A stretch of DNA of 64,000 bases from Escherichia coli (GCF_003018235.1 NZ_CP027437.1), one strand, 5' to 3'. Numbered from the stretch's first letter, positions 28,293 through 40,700 are shown. Numbers and translations are program-made. The notes: generated by a model not told the origin, from the letters alone.

Positions 28293-29546
28293 ATGAGCAT
28301 CGCTTTGCGCTTAAAGGTAATGTCCTTTTTGCAATATTTTATCTGGGGGAGCTGGCTGGTTACCCTCGGTTCTTACATGATTAATACCCTTCATTTCACC
28401 GGCGCTAATGTTGGCATGGTTTACAGTTCCAAAGGGATCGCCGCGATTATTATGCCTGGTATAATGGGGATCATCGCAGACAAATGGCTGCGTGCAGAAC
28501 GTGCATACATGCTGTGTCACCTGGTGTGTGCAGGCGTACTTTTTTATGCGGCATCCGTAACTGATCCGGATATGATGTTTTGGGTGATGTTAGTCAATGC
28601 GATGGCGTTTATGCCGACTATTGCGTTATCGAACAGCGTCTCTTATTCCTGTCTTGCCCAGGCAGGGCTTGACTCGGTGACCGCTTTCCCGCCCATTCGC
28701 GTTTTTGGTACGGTGGGGTTCATTGTCGCCATGTGGGCAGTAAGCCTGCTGCATCTGGAATTGAGTAGTCTGCAGCTGTATATCGCGTCCGGTGCGTCAT
28801 TGCTGCTGTCGGCTTATGCGCTGACTTTGCCGAAGATTCCGGTTGCGGAGAAAAAAGCGACTACATCGCTTGCCAGCAAGCTGGGTCTGGATGCCTTCGT
28901 GCTGTTTAAAAATCCACGCATGGCTATCTTTTTCCTCTTCGCCATGATGCTGGGCGCGGTGCTGCAAATTACCAACGTTTTTGGCAACCCGTTCCTGCAT
29001 GATTTCGCCCGTAATCCTGAGTTTGCTGATAGCTTCGTGGTGAAATACCCGTCCATTTTACTGTCAGTTTCACAGATGGCTGAAGTCGGTTTCATTCTGA
29101 CGATACCGTTCTTTTTGAAGCGTTTCGGTATTAAAACCGTCATGCTGATGAGTATGGTGGCGTGGACGCTGCGCTTTGGCTTCTTCGCCTATGGCGATCC
29201 GTCAACAACCGGATTTATTTTGCTGCTGTCGATGATTGTTTATGGCTGTGCATTCGATTTCTTCAATATTTCTGGTTCGGTATTTGTCGAACAGGAAGTT
29301 GATTCCAGCATTCGTGCCAGCGCGCAGGGCCTTTTTATGACGATGGTAAATGGCGTCGGCGCATGGGTTGGCTCGATTCTGAGCGGTATGGCAGTGGATT
29401 ACTTCTCGGTGGATGGCGTAAAAGATTGGCATACCATTTGGCTGATGTTTGCAGGGTATGCTCTTTTCCTCGCAGTGATATTTTTCTTTGGGTTTAAATA
29501 TAACCATGACCCTGAAAAGATAACGCATCGTTCAGTTACACATTAA
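28293..29546 (+). CDS. xapB: xanthosine permease (nucleoside:H+ symporter family)
   Basis: 417-aa polytopic ORF downstream of xapA. Confidence 0.92.
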   Translation: MSIALRLKVMSFLQYFIWGSWLVTLGSYMINTLHFTGANVGMVYSSKGIAAIIMPGIMGIIADKWLRAERAYMLCHLVCAGVLFYAASVTDPDMMFWVMLVNAMAFMPTIALSNSVSYSCLAQAGLDSVTAFPPIRVFGTVGFIVAMWAVSLLHLELSSLQLYIASGASLLLSAYALTLPKIPVAEKKATTSLASKLGLDAFVLFKNPRMAIFFLFAMMLGAVLQITNVFGNPFLHDFARNPEFADSFVVKYPSILLSVSQMAEVGFILTIPFFLKRFGIKTVMLMSMVAWTLRFGFFAYGDPSTTGFILLLSMIVYGCAFDFFNISGSVFVEQEVDSSIRASAQGLFMTMVNGVGAWVGSILSGMAVDYFSVDGVKDWHTIWLMFAGYALFLAVIFFFGFKYNHDPEKITHRSVTH

Positions 29547-29598
29547 AAGGATTCGCAGCTCTGTTCCTTGGGGCTGCTTTTATGATAAAGGTTAATTA

Positions 29599-29757
29599 GT
29601 GAAAGATATTTTATTTTCTTCTGGCGTTGGTTTTGGCATTGGTGCTTTGTTTACAATCGTGCGCTTGCCTATTCCTGTACCAAATGTATTACCGGGTATA
29701 TTATCCATTGTGTTTATGTATGTCGGATATCTGGTGGTGAAATACTTTATGCCATGA
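29599..29757 (+). CDS. small hydrophobic protein (52 aa, GTG start), possibly XapX/DUF1427-like
   Basis: Manual translation: (M)KDILFSSGVGFGIGALFTIVRLPIPVPNVLPGILSIVFMYVGYLVVKYFMP-stop; AAGG 8 nt upstream; absent from ORF track (<60 aa, non-ATG). Confidence 0.45.
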   Translation: MKDILFSSGVGFGIGALFTIVRLPIPVPNVLPGILSIVFMYVGYLVVKYFMP

Positions 29758-29797
29758 TAATTTAATACGATGTATTTATTATATGGAGCACTTAATT

Positions 29798-30682
29798 ATG
29801 GAACGCGTATACAGAACAGATCTTAAGTTGCTCCGTTATTTTCTTGCCGTAGCGGAAGAGTTGCATTTTGGTCGCGCAGCAGCGCGTTTAAATATGTCTC
29901 AGCCTCCGCTCAGCATTCATATTAAAGAGCTGGAAAATCAACTCGGCACGCAGCTTTTTATTCGCCATTCGCGCAGCGTCGTACTGACACACGCGGGCAA
30001 AATCTTGATGGAAGAATCGCGTCGATTGCTGGTGAATGCAAATAATGTATTGGCTCGGGTTGAACAAATAGGTCGGGGAGAAGCAGGGCGGATTGAACTC
30101 GGGGTTGTGGGAACGGCAATGTGGGGACGGATGCGCCCGGTTATGCGGCGATTCCTCAGGGAAAATCCTAACGTTGACGTTCTTTTTCGCGAAAAGATGC
30201 CCGCGATGCAAATGGCCCTGCTGGAACGACGTGAACTCGATGCCGGAATCTGGAGAATGGCGACAGAACCACCGGCAGGTTTTACCAGCTTACGGTTGCA
30301 TGAATCGGCGTTTCTGGTGGCGATGCCTGAAGAGCATCATCTCTCATCATTTTCCACCGTTCCGCTGGAAGCGCTACGTGACGAGTATTTTGTTACAATG
30401 CCGCCCGTGTACACTGACTGGGATTTTTTGCAGCGAGTTTGCCAGCAGGTGGGATTTTCACCGATTGTTATTCGCGAAGTTAATGAACCGCAAACGGTAC
30501 TCGCCATGGTCAGTATGGGTATTGGTATCACATTGATAGCGGACAGCTACGCGCAGATGAACTGGCCCGGTGTCATATTCCGTCCGCTCAAAGAACGCAT
30601 CCCGGCAGACTTATATATTGTTTATGAAACGCAGCAGGTGACGCCCGCGCTGGTTAAACTGCTGGCGGCGTTGGCGCAGTAG
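29798..30682 (+). CDS. xapR: LysR-family activator of xapAB
   Basis: ORF track 29783..30682; ATG at 29798 gives 294 aa starting MERVYRTDLKLLRYF. Confidence 0.92.
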   Translation: MERVYRTDLKLLRYFLAVAEELHFGRAAARLNMSQPPLSIHIKELENQLGTQLFIRHSRSVVLTHAGKILMEESRRLLVNANNVLARVEQIGRGEAGRIELGVVGTAMWGRMRPVMRRFLRENPNVDVLFREKMPAMQMALLERRELDAGIWRMATEPPAGFTSLRLHESAFLVAMPEEHHLSSFSTVPLEALRDEYFVTMPPVYTDWDFLQRVCQQVGFSPIVIREVNEPQTVLAMVSMGIGITLIADSYAQMNWPGVIFRPLKERIPADLYIVYETQQVTPALVKLLAALAQ

Positions 30683-30713
30683 ATGAGAGGCACGGGAACG
30701 GCCGGACATAGTT

Positions 30714-30740
30714 GGTCTGATAAGCGAAGCGCATCAGGCA
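30714..30740. repeat. REP element
   Basis: GGTCTGATAAGCGAAGCGCATCAGGCA. Confidence 0.6.
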
Positions 30741-30761
30741 ATTTCGCAAATTGCAGATAGC

Positions 30762-30789
30762 AAAAAAGCGCCTTTAGGGCGCTTTTTTA
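30762..30789. terminator. bidirectional intrinsic terminator (tRNA operon and xapR)
   Basis: AAAAAAGCGCCTTTAGGGCGCTTTTTT. Confidence 0.75.
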
Positions 30790-30792
30790 CAT

Positions 30793-30868
30793 TGGTGGGT
30801 CGTGCAGGATTCGAACCTGCGACCAATTGATTAAAAGTCAACTGCTCTACCAACTGAGCTAACGACCC
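30793..30868 (-). tRNA. lysV: tRNA-Lys (anticodon UUU)
   Basis: Reverse complement reads GGGTCGTTAGCTCAGTTGGTAGAGCAGTTGACTTTTAATCAATTGGTCGCAGGTTCGAATCCTGCACGACCCACCA. Confidence 0.95.
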
Positions 30869-30872
30869 GAAG

Positions 30873-30948
30873 TGGTGGGTGATGACGGGATCGAACCGCC
30901 GACCCCCTCCTTGTAAGGGAGGTGCTCTCCCAGCTGAGCTAATCACCC
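30873..30948 (-). tRNA. valY: tRNA-Val (anticodon UAC)
   Basis: Reverse complement reads GGGTGATTAGCTCAGCTGGGAGAGCACCTCCCTTACAAGGAGGGGGTCGGCGGTTCGATCCCGTCATCACCCACCA. Confidence 0.95.
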
Positions 30949-30994
30949 ACTTCGGTACTTCACATTGCTACAAGAAATTTAGCTGGCGAGAAAG

Positions 30995-31070
30995 TGGTGG
31001 GTGATGACGGGATCGAACCGCCGACCCCCTCCTTGTAAGGGAGGTGCTCTCCCAGCTGAGCTAATCACCC
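30995..31070 (-). tRNA. valX: tRNA-Val (anticodon UAC)
   Basis: Identical 76-nt copy. Confidence 0.95.
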
Positions 31071-31114
31071 ACTTCTCAATTTCTTGCTACACGGCGGAGA
31101 CTACATAAAGTAGT

Positions 31115-31190
31115 TGGTGGGTGATGACGGGATCGAACCGCCGACCCCCTCCTTGTAAGGGAGGTGCTCTCCCAGCTGAGCTAATCACCC
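31115..31190 (-). tRNA. valU: tRNA-Val (anticodon UAC)
   Basis: Identical 76-nt copy; first in the operon. Confidence 0.95.
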
Positions 31191-31207
31191 CCGCTGTGTG
31201 GAGTCGC

Positions 31208-31235
31208 ATTATAGGGAGAGTTCAAAATGAGTCAA
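31208..31235 (-). promoter_or_regulatory. sigma-70 promoter of valU-valX-valY-lysV operon
   Basis: Minus strand: TTGACT - 16 bp - TATAAT followed by GC-rich discriminator GCGACTCC; AT-rich upstream. Confidence 0.6.
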
Positions 31236-31448
31236 CGCATTTTCTAAAGAAATTGTTCGTTCGTCGTAAATTTAAGCAAGATGATCGCAAAACAGACCGT
31301 GTTGCGCAATTTGTCAACGAAAACAATAATGCGTAAGGTTGCAACCCGAACTACATTGAGGAATCAGGCGGGAGTGATAGAATATCGCCCACTCAATTTT
31401 TCCAGGATTTGCCGGTTGTCGGCATCTTTCTAAACGTAAGGCCATTTC

Positions 31449-32864
31449 ATGAAAATCAAAACTCGCTTCGCGCCAAGCCCAACAGGCTATCTGCACGTTG
31501 GCGGCGCGCGTACTGCTCTTTACTCCTGGCTTTTTGCACGTAACCACGGCGGTGAGTTCGTGCTGCGTATTGAAGACACCGATCTTGAGCGTTCCACGCC
31601 GGAAGCTATCGAAGCCATTATGGATGGCATGAACTGGCTGAGCCTGGAGTGGGATGAAGGTCCGTACTACCAGACCAAACGTTTTGATCGCTACAACGCG
31701 GTGATCGATCAGATGCTGGAAGAGGGCACAGCTTATAAATGCTATTGCTCTAAAGAGCGCCTGGAAGCGCTGCGCGAAGAGCAAATGGCGAAAGGTGAGA
31801 AGCCGCGTTATGACGGTCGCTGCCGCCACAGCCATGAGCATCATGCTGATGATGAACCGTGCGTTGTACGTTTTGCTAACCCGCAGGAAGGTTCTGTTGT
31901 TTTTGACGATCAGATCCGTGGCCCGATTGAGTTCAGCAACCAGGAGCTGGATGATCTGATTATCCGTCGTACCGATGGTTCTCCAACCTATAACTTCTGT
32001 GTGGTGGTTGACGACTGGGATATGGAAATCACCCACGTTATCCGTGGCGAAGACCATATCAACAACACGCCACGCCAGATCAACATTCTTAAAGCACTGA
32101 AAGCGCCGGTACCGGTTTACGCGCACGTTTCTATGATCAACGGCGATGACGGCAAAAAACTGTCCAAACGTCACGGGGCGGTCAGCGTAATGCAGTATCG
32201 TGATGACGGTTATTTGCCAGAAGCACTGCTGAACTATCTGGTGCGTCTGGGCTGGTCCCACGGCGATCAGGAAATCTTCACTCGTGAAGAGATGATCAAA
32301 TACTTCACCCTGAATGCCGTCAGCAAATCTGCCAGTGCGTTCAACACCGACAAGCTGCTGTGGCTGAACCATCACTACATTAACGCGCTGCCGCCGGAGT
32401 ATGTTGCTACTCACTTACAGTGGCACATTGAGCAGGAAAATATCGATACCCGTAACGGCCCGCAGCTGGCTGATCTGGTGAAACTGCTGGGCGAACGCTG
32501 CAAGACGCTGAAAGAGATGGCACAGAGCTGCCGTTATTTCTACGAAGATTTTGCTGAGTTCGATGCCGACGCCGCGAAAAAACATCTGCGTCCGGTAGCG
32601 CGTCAGCCGCTGGAAGTAGTTCGTGACAAACTGGCCGCGATTACTGACTGGACCGCTGAAAACGTTCATCACGCTATTCAGGCGACGGCGGATGAGCTGG
32701 AAGTGGGTATGGGTAAAGTTGGTATGCCGCTGCGTGTCGCCGTAACCGGTGCGGGGCAGTCTCCGGCGCTGGATGTTACCGTTCACGCAATCGGTAAGAC
32801 CCGCAGTATCGAGCGTATCAACAAAGCGTTGGCTTTTATTGCTGAACGCGAAAATCAGCAGTAA
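31449..32864 (+). CDS. gltX: glutamyl-tRNA synthetase (HVGG = HIGH and KLSKR = KMSKS motifs)
   Basis: 471-aa ORF. Confidence 0.96.
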   Translation: MKIKTRFAPSPTGYLHVGGARTALYSWLFARNHGGEFVLRIEDTDLERSTPEAIEAIMDGMNWLSLEWDEGPYYQTKRFDRYNAVIDQMLEEGTAYKCYCSKERLEALREEQMAKGEKPRYDGRCRHSHEHHADDEPCVVRFANPQEGSVVFDDQIRGPIEFSNQELDDLIIRRTDGSPTYNFCVVVDDWDMEITHVIRGEDHINNTPRQINILKALKAPVPVYAHVSMINGDDGKKLSKRHGAVSVMQYRDDGYLPEALLNYLVRLGWSHGDQEIFTREEMIKYFTLNAVSKSASAFNTDKLLWLNHHYINALPPEYVATHLQWHIEQENIDTRNGPQLADLVKLLGERCKTLKEMAQSCRYFYEDFAEFDADAAKKHLRPVARQPLEVVRDKLAAITDWTAENVHHAIQATADELEVGMGKVGMPLRVAVTGAGQSPALDVTVHAIGKTRSIERINKALAFIAERENQQ

Positions 32865-32887
32865 TTAGCGCATAAAAGATAAACGGC

Positions 32888-32921
32888 AGGAGAGATACCC
32901 CTGCCGTTTTTTATTTATTCT
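32888..32921. terminator. intrinsic terminator after gltX (overlaps yfeD stop)
   Basis: AAACGGCAGGAGAGATACCCCTGCCGTTTTTT. Confidence 0.6.
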
Positions 32922-33307
32922 GATTCATCTATGTCGAGACGAGCAAGGAAATTACGAATTCCTTCGCGTGACAAAAATTGCGCAACTTTTTCCTGCTCAC
33001 TGTGAGTCATGTTGTCTATTGCGCTGATGATTTGCCGATAAGCAGGAGTGCGAATCCCCGGTGCGTATTCGGCAAGGGGTTCTTCGGCTTCCAGAAGCAT
33101 CGGCGTGTTATGGAAGGCTGGCGTGTTCTGAATAAACTCGCAAACTTGCGTATCGACCAGAATAAGTCTGGCACGACCGCCTTTCACGCCAGGAAATTTT
33201 TCCGTTTTCCAGCCTTTTTCTCTGATCCAACGGTTAACAGTTTGTTTAGCCACACCGAGGCATTCAGCCAGTTCTTCGGTGGTCATTTTATTGCGTAATC
33301 TTTTCAT
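32915..33307 (-). CDS. yfeD: small HTH DNA-binding protein YfeD
   Basis: 130-aa ORF; paralog of the adjacent yfeC. Confidence 0.8.
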   Translation of the reverse strand: MKRLRNKMTTEELAECLGVAKQTVNRWIREKGWKTEKFPGVKGGRARLILVDTQVCEFIQNTPAFHNTPMLLEAEEPLAEYAPGIRTPAYRQIISAIDNMTHSEQEKVAQFLSREGIRNFLARLDIDESE

Positions 33308-33308
33308 A

Positions 33309-33653
33309 TTATTTGCTATCGCGAATCCCTAAGCGTTGTAATAATCCGATAATCCCTTCCCGCAGAAGCAAGGATGTAAACTGTTTTTGTTCAACTGGCG
33401 TCATCTCTTTCGCCAGTGTCACCAGCAACACTTCAAGCGGCGCATCACCAGACAGGGCAGGCGCTTCTCCCTGACCTTCTGGACGTTCAGCATTGCGAAT
33501 ATATTCACGAACCTGTTCATTGACGTGAACCAGTCGGGCTTTGCCACCCTGGACGCCTGGTTTTGGTGACGTTGTCCAGCCTTCCTTGCGTACCCATTTA
33601 TTAATGGTCTGGCGGCTATAGCCGGTCAGTCTGGCAAGTTCATCTGGCGTCAT
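33309..33653 (-). CDS. yfeC: small HTH DNA-binding protein YfeC
   Basis: ORF track 33309..33668; second ATG at 33653 gives 114 aa starting MTPDELARLTGYSRQTINKW; start at 33668 (119 aa) is possible. Confidence 0.75.
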   Translation of the reverse strand: MTPDELARLTGYSRQTINKWVRKEGWTTSPKPGVQGGKARLVHVNEQVREYIRNAERPEGQGEAPALSGDAPLEVLLVTLAKEMTPVEQKQFTSLLLREGIIGLLQRLGIRDSK

Positions 33654-33828
33654 CCTCTCCTTGAACATAACAATTCCCTGAATGTATGTGGGTCTATTAG
33701 TAGTTCATTTTATAACACCACTTTACAGGAAACCGTGACATGAATAACTACTGAATGCGAGCGGTTTTCCAAAATTGTTCATTTGCCTGATTTTTCAGCG
33801 ATTGAAACTACACGTTGCAATTTGCCGT

Positions 33829-33856
33829 TGACACATTCGGGCGGAATTCATATGAT
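33829..33856 (+). promoter_or_regulatory. sigma-70 promoter of alaX-alaW
   Basis: TTGACA - 16 bp - TATGAT then GC-rich discriminator, about 32 nt before the tRNA. Confidence 0.5.
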
Positions 33857-33888
33857 GCCGCCCGTCAACTCGACAAGCTTTACGTGAC

Positions 33889-33964
<76 letters not shown>

Positions 33965-34003
33965 AATTTTGCACCCAGCAAATTTGGTACGTAAACGCAT
34001 CGT

Positions 34004-34079
<76 letters not shown>

Positions 34080-34087
34080 AATTTCCA

Positions 34088-34113
34088 ACCCTCGCTGCAA
34101 AGCGGGGGTTTTT
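34088..34113 (+). terminator. intrinsic terminator after alaW
   Basis: CCCTCGCTGCAAAGCGGGGGTTTTTT. Confidence 0.65.
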
Positions 34114-34286
34114 TGTCTCTGCTTTTTGCCGCTTTTGTAATACAGTCTACGTCCGGGTTAGCGCCGCCTGGTGAAAGCATCATTGGATGAAAAATCGGCA
34201 ACAGGCTGGCCCCTGTTTGCTTCGCGATGCGAATAAACTTATTATTTGTGTGCCTGAAAACCCCGATCAGTGAGAGTAGTGTACTC

Positions 34287-36476
34287 ATGTTTGTGGAGCA
34301 TAACCTGATAAAAAATATCAAGATATTCACACTAGCGTTTACGCTCACCGTGGTACTTATTCAGCTATCCCGTTTTATTTCGCCACTTGCCATTATCCAT
34401 TCCAGTTATATCTTTCTGGCGTGGATGCCACTGTGCGTAATGCTGTCAATCTTGTTTATCTTTGGCTGGCGCGGTGTCGTTCCCGTTTTATGCGGGATGT
34501 TTTGCACCAATCTGTGGAACTTTCATCTCTCTTTTTTACAGACCGCGGTCATGCTCGGCAGCCAGACGTTTGTTGTGTTGTGTGCCTGCGCAATATTACG
34601 CTGGCAGCTGGGGACGCGTTGGCGTTATGGATTGACCAGCCGATATGTCTGGCAACGTCTTTTCTGGCTTGGTTTGGTGACGCCGATCGGCATCAAATGC
34701 AGCATGTATCTTGTGGGGAGCTTTTTTGATTTCCCGCTAAAGATATCCACCTTTTTCGGCGATGCGGATGCCATTTTCACAGTCGTTGATTTACTAAGCC
34801 TTTTCACCGCTGTGCTGATTTACAACATGCTTTTCTACTATCTCACTCGCATGATTGTAAGTCCCCACTTTGCGCAGATATTGTGGCGCAGGGATATCGC
34901 TCCGTCGTTGAGCAAAGAGAAACGCGCATTTACCTTAAGCTGGCTGGCAGCTCTTAGCGTGCTGCTACTTCTGATGTGCACACCGTATGAGAATGACTTT
35001 ATTGCCGGTTACCTGGTACCTGTTTTCTTCATTATCTTTACCCTCGGTGTCGGTAAGCTTCGCTATCCGTTTTTAAATCTCACCTGGGCTGTTTCAACGC
35101 TTTGCCTTCTGAATTACAACCAGAACTTTTTGCAAGGGGTACTAACCGAATATTCGCTGGCATTTATTCTCGCGGTGCTGATTTCCTTTAGCGTTTGCCT
35201 GCTCTATATGGTGCGCATTTATCATCGCAGTGAATGGCTTAATCGCCGCTGGCATTTGCAGGCGCTGACCGATCCGTTAACGCTCCTACCCAACTTTCGT
35301 GCGTTGGAGCAAGCGCCGGAGCAAGAGGCGGGCAAGAGTTTTTGCTGCCTGCGCATTGATAATCTTGAGTTTATGAGTCGTCATTACGGCTTAATGATGC
35401 GCGTTCACTGTATCCGCTCAATTTACCGTACGCTGCTGCCGTTGATGCAGGAAAACGAAAAGTTGTATCAATTGCCGGGTAGTGAACTGCTGTTAGTGCT
35501 GAGTGGACCGGAAACGGAAGGGCGACTCCAGCATATGGTTAACATCCTGAATAGTCGGCAAATTCACTGGAACAATACCGGGCTGGATATGGGCTATGGT
35601 GCTGCCTGGGGGCGTTTTGATGGAAATCAGGAAACCCTGCAACCCTTGTTGGGGCAGTTAAGCTGGCTGGCGGAGCAATCCTGCGCACATCACCATGTGC
35701 TGGCGCTGGATAGCAGAGAGGAGATGGTTTCCGGGCAGACCACTAAACAGGTGCTATTGCTGAATACCATTCGCACGGCGTTAGATCAGGGTGATTTGCT
35801 GCTCTACGCCCAGCCAATTCGCAACAAAGAGGGTGAAGGTTATGATGAGATCCTCGCGCGACTGAAATATGACGGTGGCATTATGACCCCGGATAAGTTT
35901 CTGCCCCTTATTGCTCAGTTTAACCTTAGCGCGCGTTTTGATTTGCAAGTGCTGGAATCCCTGTTGAAGTGGCTGGCAACACATCCTTGCGACAAAAAAG
36001 GCCCGCGCTTTTCAGTCAATTTAATGCCGCTCACGCTGCTGCAAAAGAATATTGCCGGGCGGATTATTCGTCTGTTTAAGCGTTATAACATCTCCCCGCA
36101 GGCGGTCATTCTTGAGATCACCGAGGAGCAGGCGTTTTCTAACGCAGAAAGCAGCATGTACAACATCGAGCAACTGCATAAGTTTGGTTTCCGGATTGCG
36201 ATTGATGACTTTGGCACCGGTTATGCCAACTACGAACGGTTAAAGCGTTTGCAGGCTGATATCATCAAAATTGATGGCGTCTTTGTGAAAGATATCGTCA
36301 CGAATACGCTGGATGCGATGATTGTGAGATCAATTACCGATCTGGCGAAAGCGAAGTCATTGAGTGTGGTCGCGGAGTTTGTCGAGACGCAACAGCAGCA
36401 GGCGCTATTGCATAAGCTCGGGGTGCAATATCTGCAAGGGTATTTGATTGGTCGCCCGCAGCCATTAGCTGATTAA
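34287..36476 (+). CDS. pdeA: c-di-GMP phosphodiesterase: N-terminal membrane sensor, degenerate GGDEF, EAL domain
   Basis: ORF track 34227..36476; ATG at 34287 gives 729 aa starting MFVEHNLIKNIKIF; DDFGTGYANYERL motif in C-terminal domain. Confidence 0.88.
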   Translation: MFVEHNLIKNIKIFTLAFTLTVVLIQLSRFISPLAIIHSSYIFLAWMPLCVMLSILFIFGWRGVVPVLCGMFCTNLWNFHLSFLQTAVMLGSQTFVVLCACAILRWQLGTRWRYGLTSRYVWQRLFWLGLVTPIGIKCSMYLVGSFFDFPLKISTFFGDADAIFTVVDLLSLFTAVLIYNMLFYYLTRMIVSPHFAQILWRRDIAPSLSKEKRAFTLSWLAALSVLLLLMCTPYENDFIAGYLVPVFFIIFTLGVGKLRYPFLNLTWAVSTLCLLNYNQNFLQGVLTEYSLAFILAVLISFSVCLLYMVRIYHRSEWLNRRWHLQALTDPLTLLPNFRALEQAPEQEAGKSFCCLRIDNLEFMSRHYGLMMRVHCIRSIYRTLLPLMQENEKLYQLPGSELLLVLSGPETEGRLQHMVNILNSRQIHWNNTGLDMGYGAAWGRFDGNQETLQPLLGQLSWLAEQSCAHHHVLALDSREEMVSGQTTKQVLLLNTIRTALDQGDLLLYAQPIRNKEGEGYDEILARLKYDGGIMTPDKFLPLIAQFNLSARFDLQVLESLLKWLATHPCDKKGPRFSVNLMPLTLLQKNIAGRIIRLFKRYNISPQAVILEITEEQAFSNAESSMYNIEQLHKFGFRIAIDDFGTGYANYERLKRLQADIIKIDGVFVKDIVTNTLDAMIVRSITDLAKAKSLSVVAEFVETQQQQALLHKLGVQYLQGYLIGRPQPLAD

Positions 36477-36483
36477 CAGGCGT

Positions 36484-36516
36484 AAAAAAGCCGGGGAATG
36501 ATCCCCGGCTTTTTTA
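36484..36516. terminator. bidirectional intrinsic terminator between convergent pdeA and nupC
   Basis: AAAAAAGCCGGGGAATGATCCCCGGCTTTTTT. Confidence 0.75.
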
Positions 36517-36525
36517 TGTATGGTT

Positions 36526-37728
36526 TTACAGCACCAGTGCTGCGATTGACGCAGACAGCACACTCACCAGGGTAGAGCCGTAAACCAGTTTCAGACCGAA
36601 GCGAGAAACCACGTTACCTTGCTCTTCATTCAGGCCTTTAACTGCACCGGCGATAATCCCGATTGAAGAGAAGTTAGCGAAGGAAACCAGGAACACAGAG
36701 ATGATGCCTTCAGCACGCGGAGAGAGTGTAGAGGCAATTTTCTGCAGATCCATCATCGCAACGAACTCGTTGGAAACCAGTTTGGTCGCCATGATACTGC
36801 CCACTTGCAGTGCTTCACTGGAAGGAACACCCATCACCCATGCAATCGGATAGAAGATGTAGCCCAGGATGCCCTGGAAGGAGATGCTGTAGCCAAACCA
36901 GCCAGTAACGGTGGCAAACAGTGCGTTCAGCGCGGCGATCAGGGCGATAAAGCCGATCAGCATCGCGGCAACGATAATGGCAACTTTGAAACCTGCCAGA
37001 ATGTATTCACCCAGCATTTCGAAGAAGCTCTGACCTTCGTGCAGGTTGGACATCTGGATGTTTTCTTCACTGGCATCAACACGGTAAGGGTTGATCAGCG
37101 ACAGCACGATAAAGGTGCTGAACATGTTCAGTACCAGTGCCGCAACGACGTATTTCGGTTCCAGCATGGTCATGTATGCACCAACGATGGACATCGACAC
37201 GGTGGACATCGCCGTGGCAGCCATGGTGTACATGCGATTGCGGGAGATTTTGCCGAGGATATCTTTATAGGCAATAAAGTTTTCAGACTGACCCAGAATC
37301 AGGGAGCTGACGGCGTTAAAGGATTCCAGTTTGCCCATGCCGTTGACTTTGGAGAGCAGGAAACCAATTGCGCGGATAATCACCGGCAACACGCGAATGT
37401 GCTGGAGAATACCGATCAGTGCAGAGATAAAGACGATTGGGCACAGCACTTTCAGGAAGAAGAATGCCAGGCCTTGATCATTCATGCTACCAAAGACGAA
37501 GTTAGTCCCTTCGTTGGCAAATCCGAGCAGTTTTTCAAACATTTCGGAGAAGCCTTTCACGAAGCCTAAACCAACGTCGGAGTTCAGGAAGAACCACGCC
37601 AGTAACACTTCGATAACAAGCAGTTGAATAACATAACGGATACGAATTTTTTTGCGGTCGCTGCTTACCAGCAGTGCGAGAATCGCAACAACGGCAAGTG
37701 CCAGTACAAAATGAAGGACGCGGTCCAT
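36526..37728 (-). CDS. nupC: nucleoside:H+ symporter (CNT family)
   Basis: ORF track 36526..37767; ATG at 37728 gives 400 aa starting [20 protein letters not shown]. Confidence 0.92.
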
Positions 37729-37995
37729 ATTTGCTCCAAATATGAGGCAGGTTAAATTTCCGTGCACATTCTATGTAACATGGTTAAGGAAAACGAGATC
37801 TGACACACACTATAATGACGTCCTGTGACAAGCTTCAAAAATAGTGAGCTGTCATACATTTCTGCTATGTTGTGTATGGAAGCTGAAAGTTATGTAAATG
37901 TGCTAACATTAAACATAACCATAACATTCAAGTCATCAATCTTTTCGTAGTCATAATCCTGGTCTATCAGAGAAATCACCACAACCCATTTAAAT

Positions 37996-38014
37996 GAATT
38001 TGATAATCATTATC
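37996..38014 (+). promoter_or_regulatory. Fur box in mntH promoter
   Basis: TTTGATAATCATTATC matches Fur consensus GATAATGATAATCATTATC. Confidence 0.6.
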
Positions 38015-38029
38015 GTTTGGCATAGCATG

Positions 38030-38051
38030 AAACATAGCAAAGGCTATGTTT
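38030..38051 (+). promoter_or_regulatory. MntR operator in mntH promoter
   Basis: Palindrome AAACATAGC-AAAG-GCTATGTTT 13 bp before mntH ATG. Confidence 0.6.
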
Positions 38052-38054
38052 TAG

Positions 38055-39302
<1,248 letters not shown>

Positions 39303-39331
39303 TTCAACTGGCGTCGTACCAGGCATCACTG

Positions 39332-39368
39332 GCGGATGCGGCGTAAAACGCCTTATCCGCCCTATGCG
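39332..39368. repeat. REP element downstream of mntH (first REP of a BIME pair)
   Basis: GCGGATGCGGCGTAAAACGCCTTATCCGCCCTATGCG. Confidence 0.6.
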
Positions 39369-39382
39369 TTAAAGAGACGGTT

Positions 39383-40700
<1,318 letters not shown>

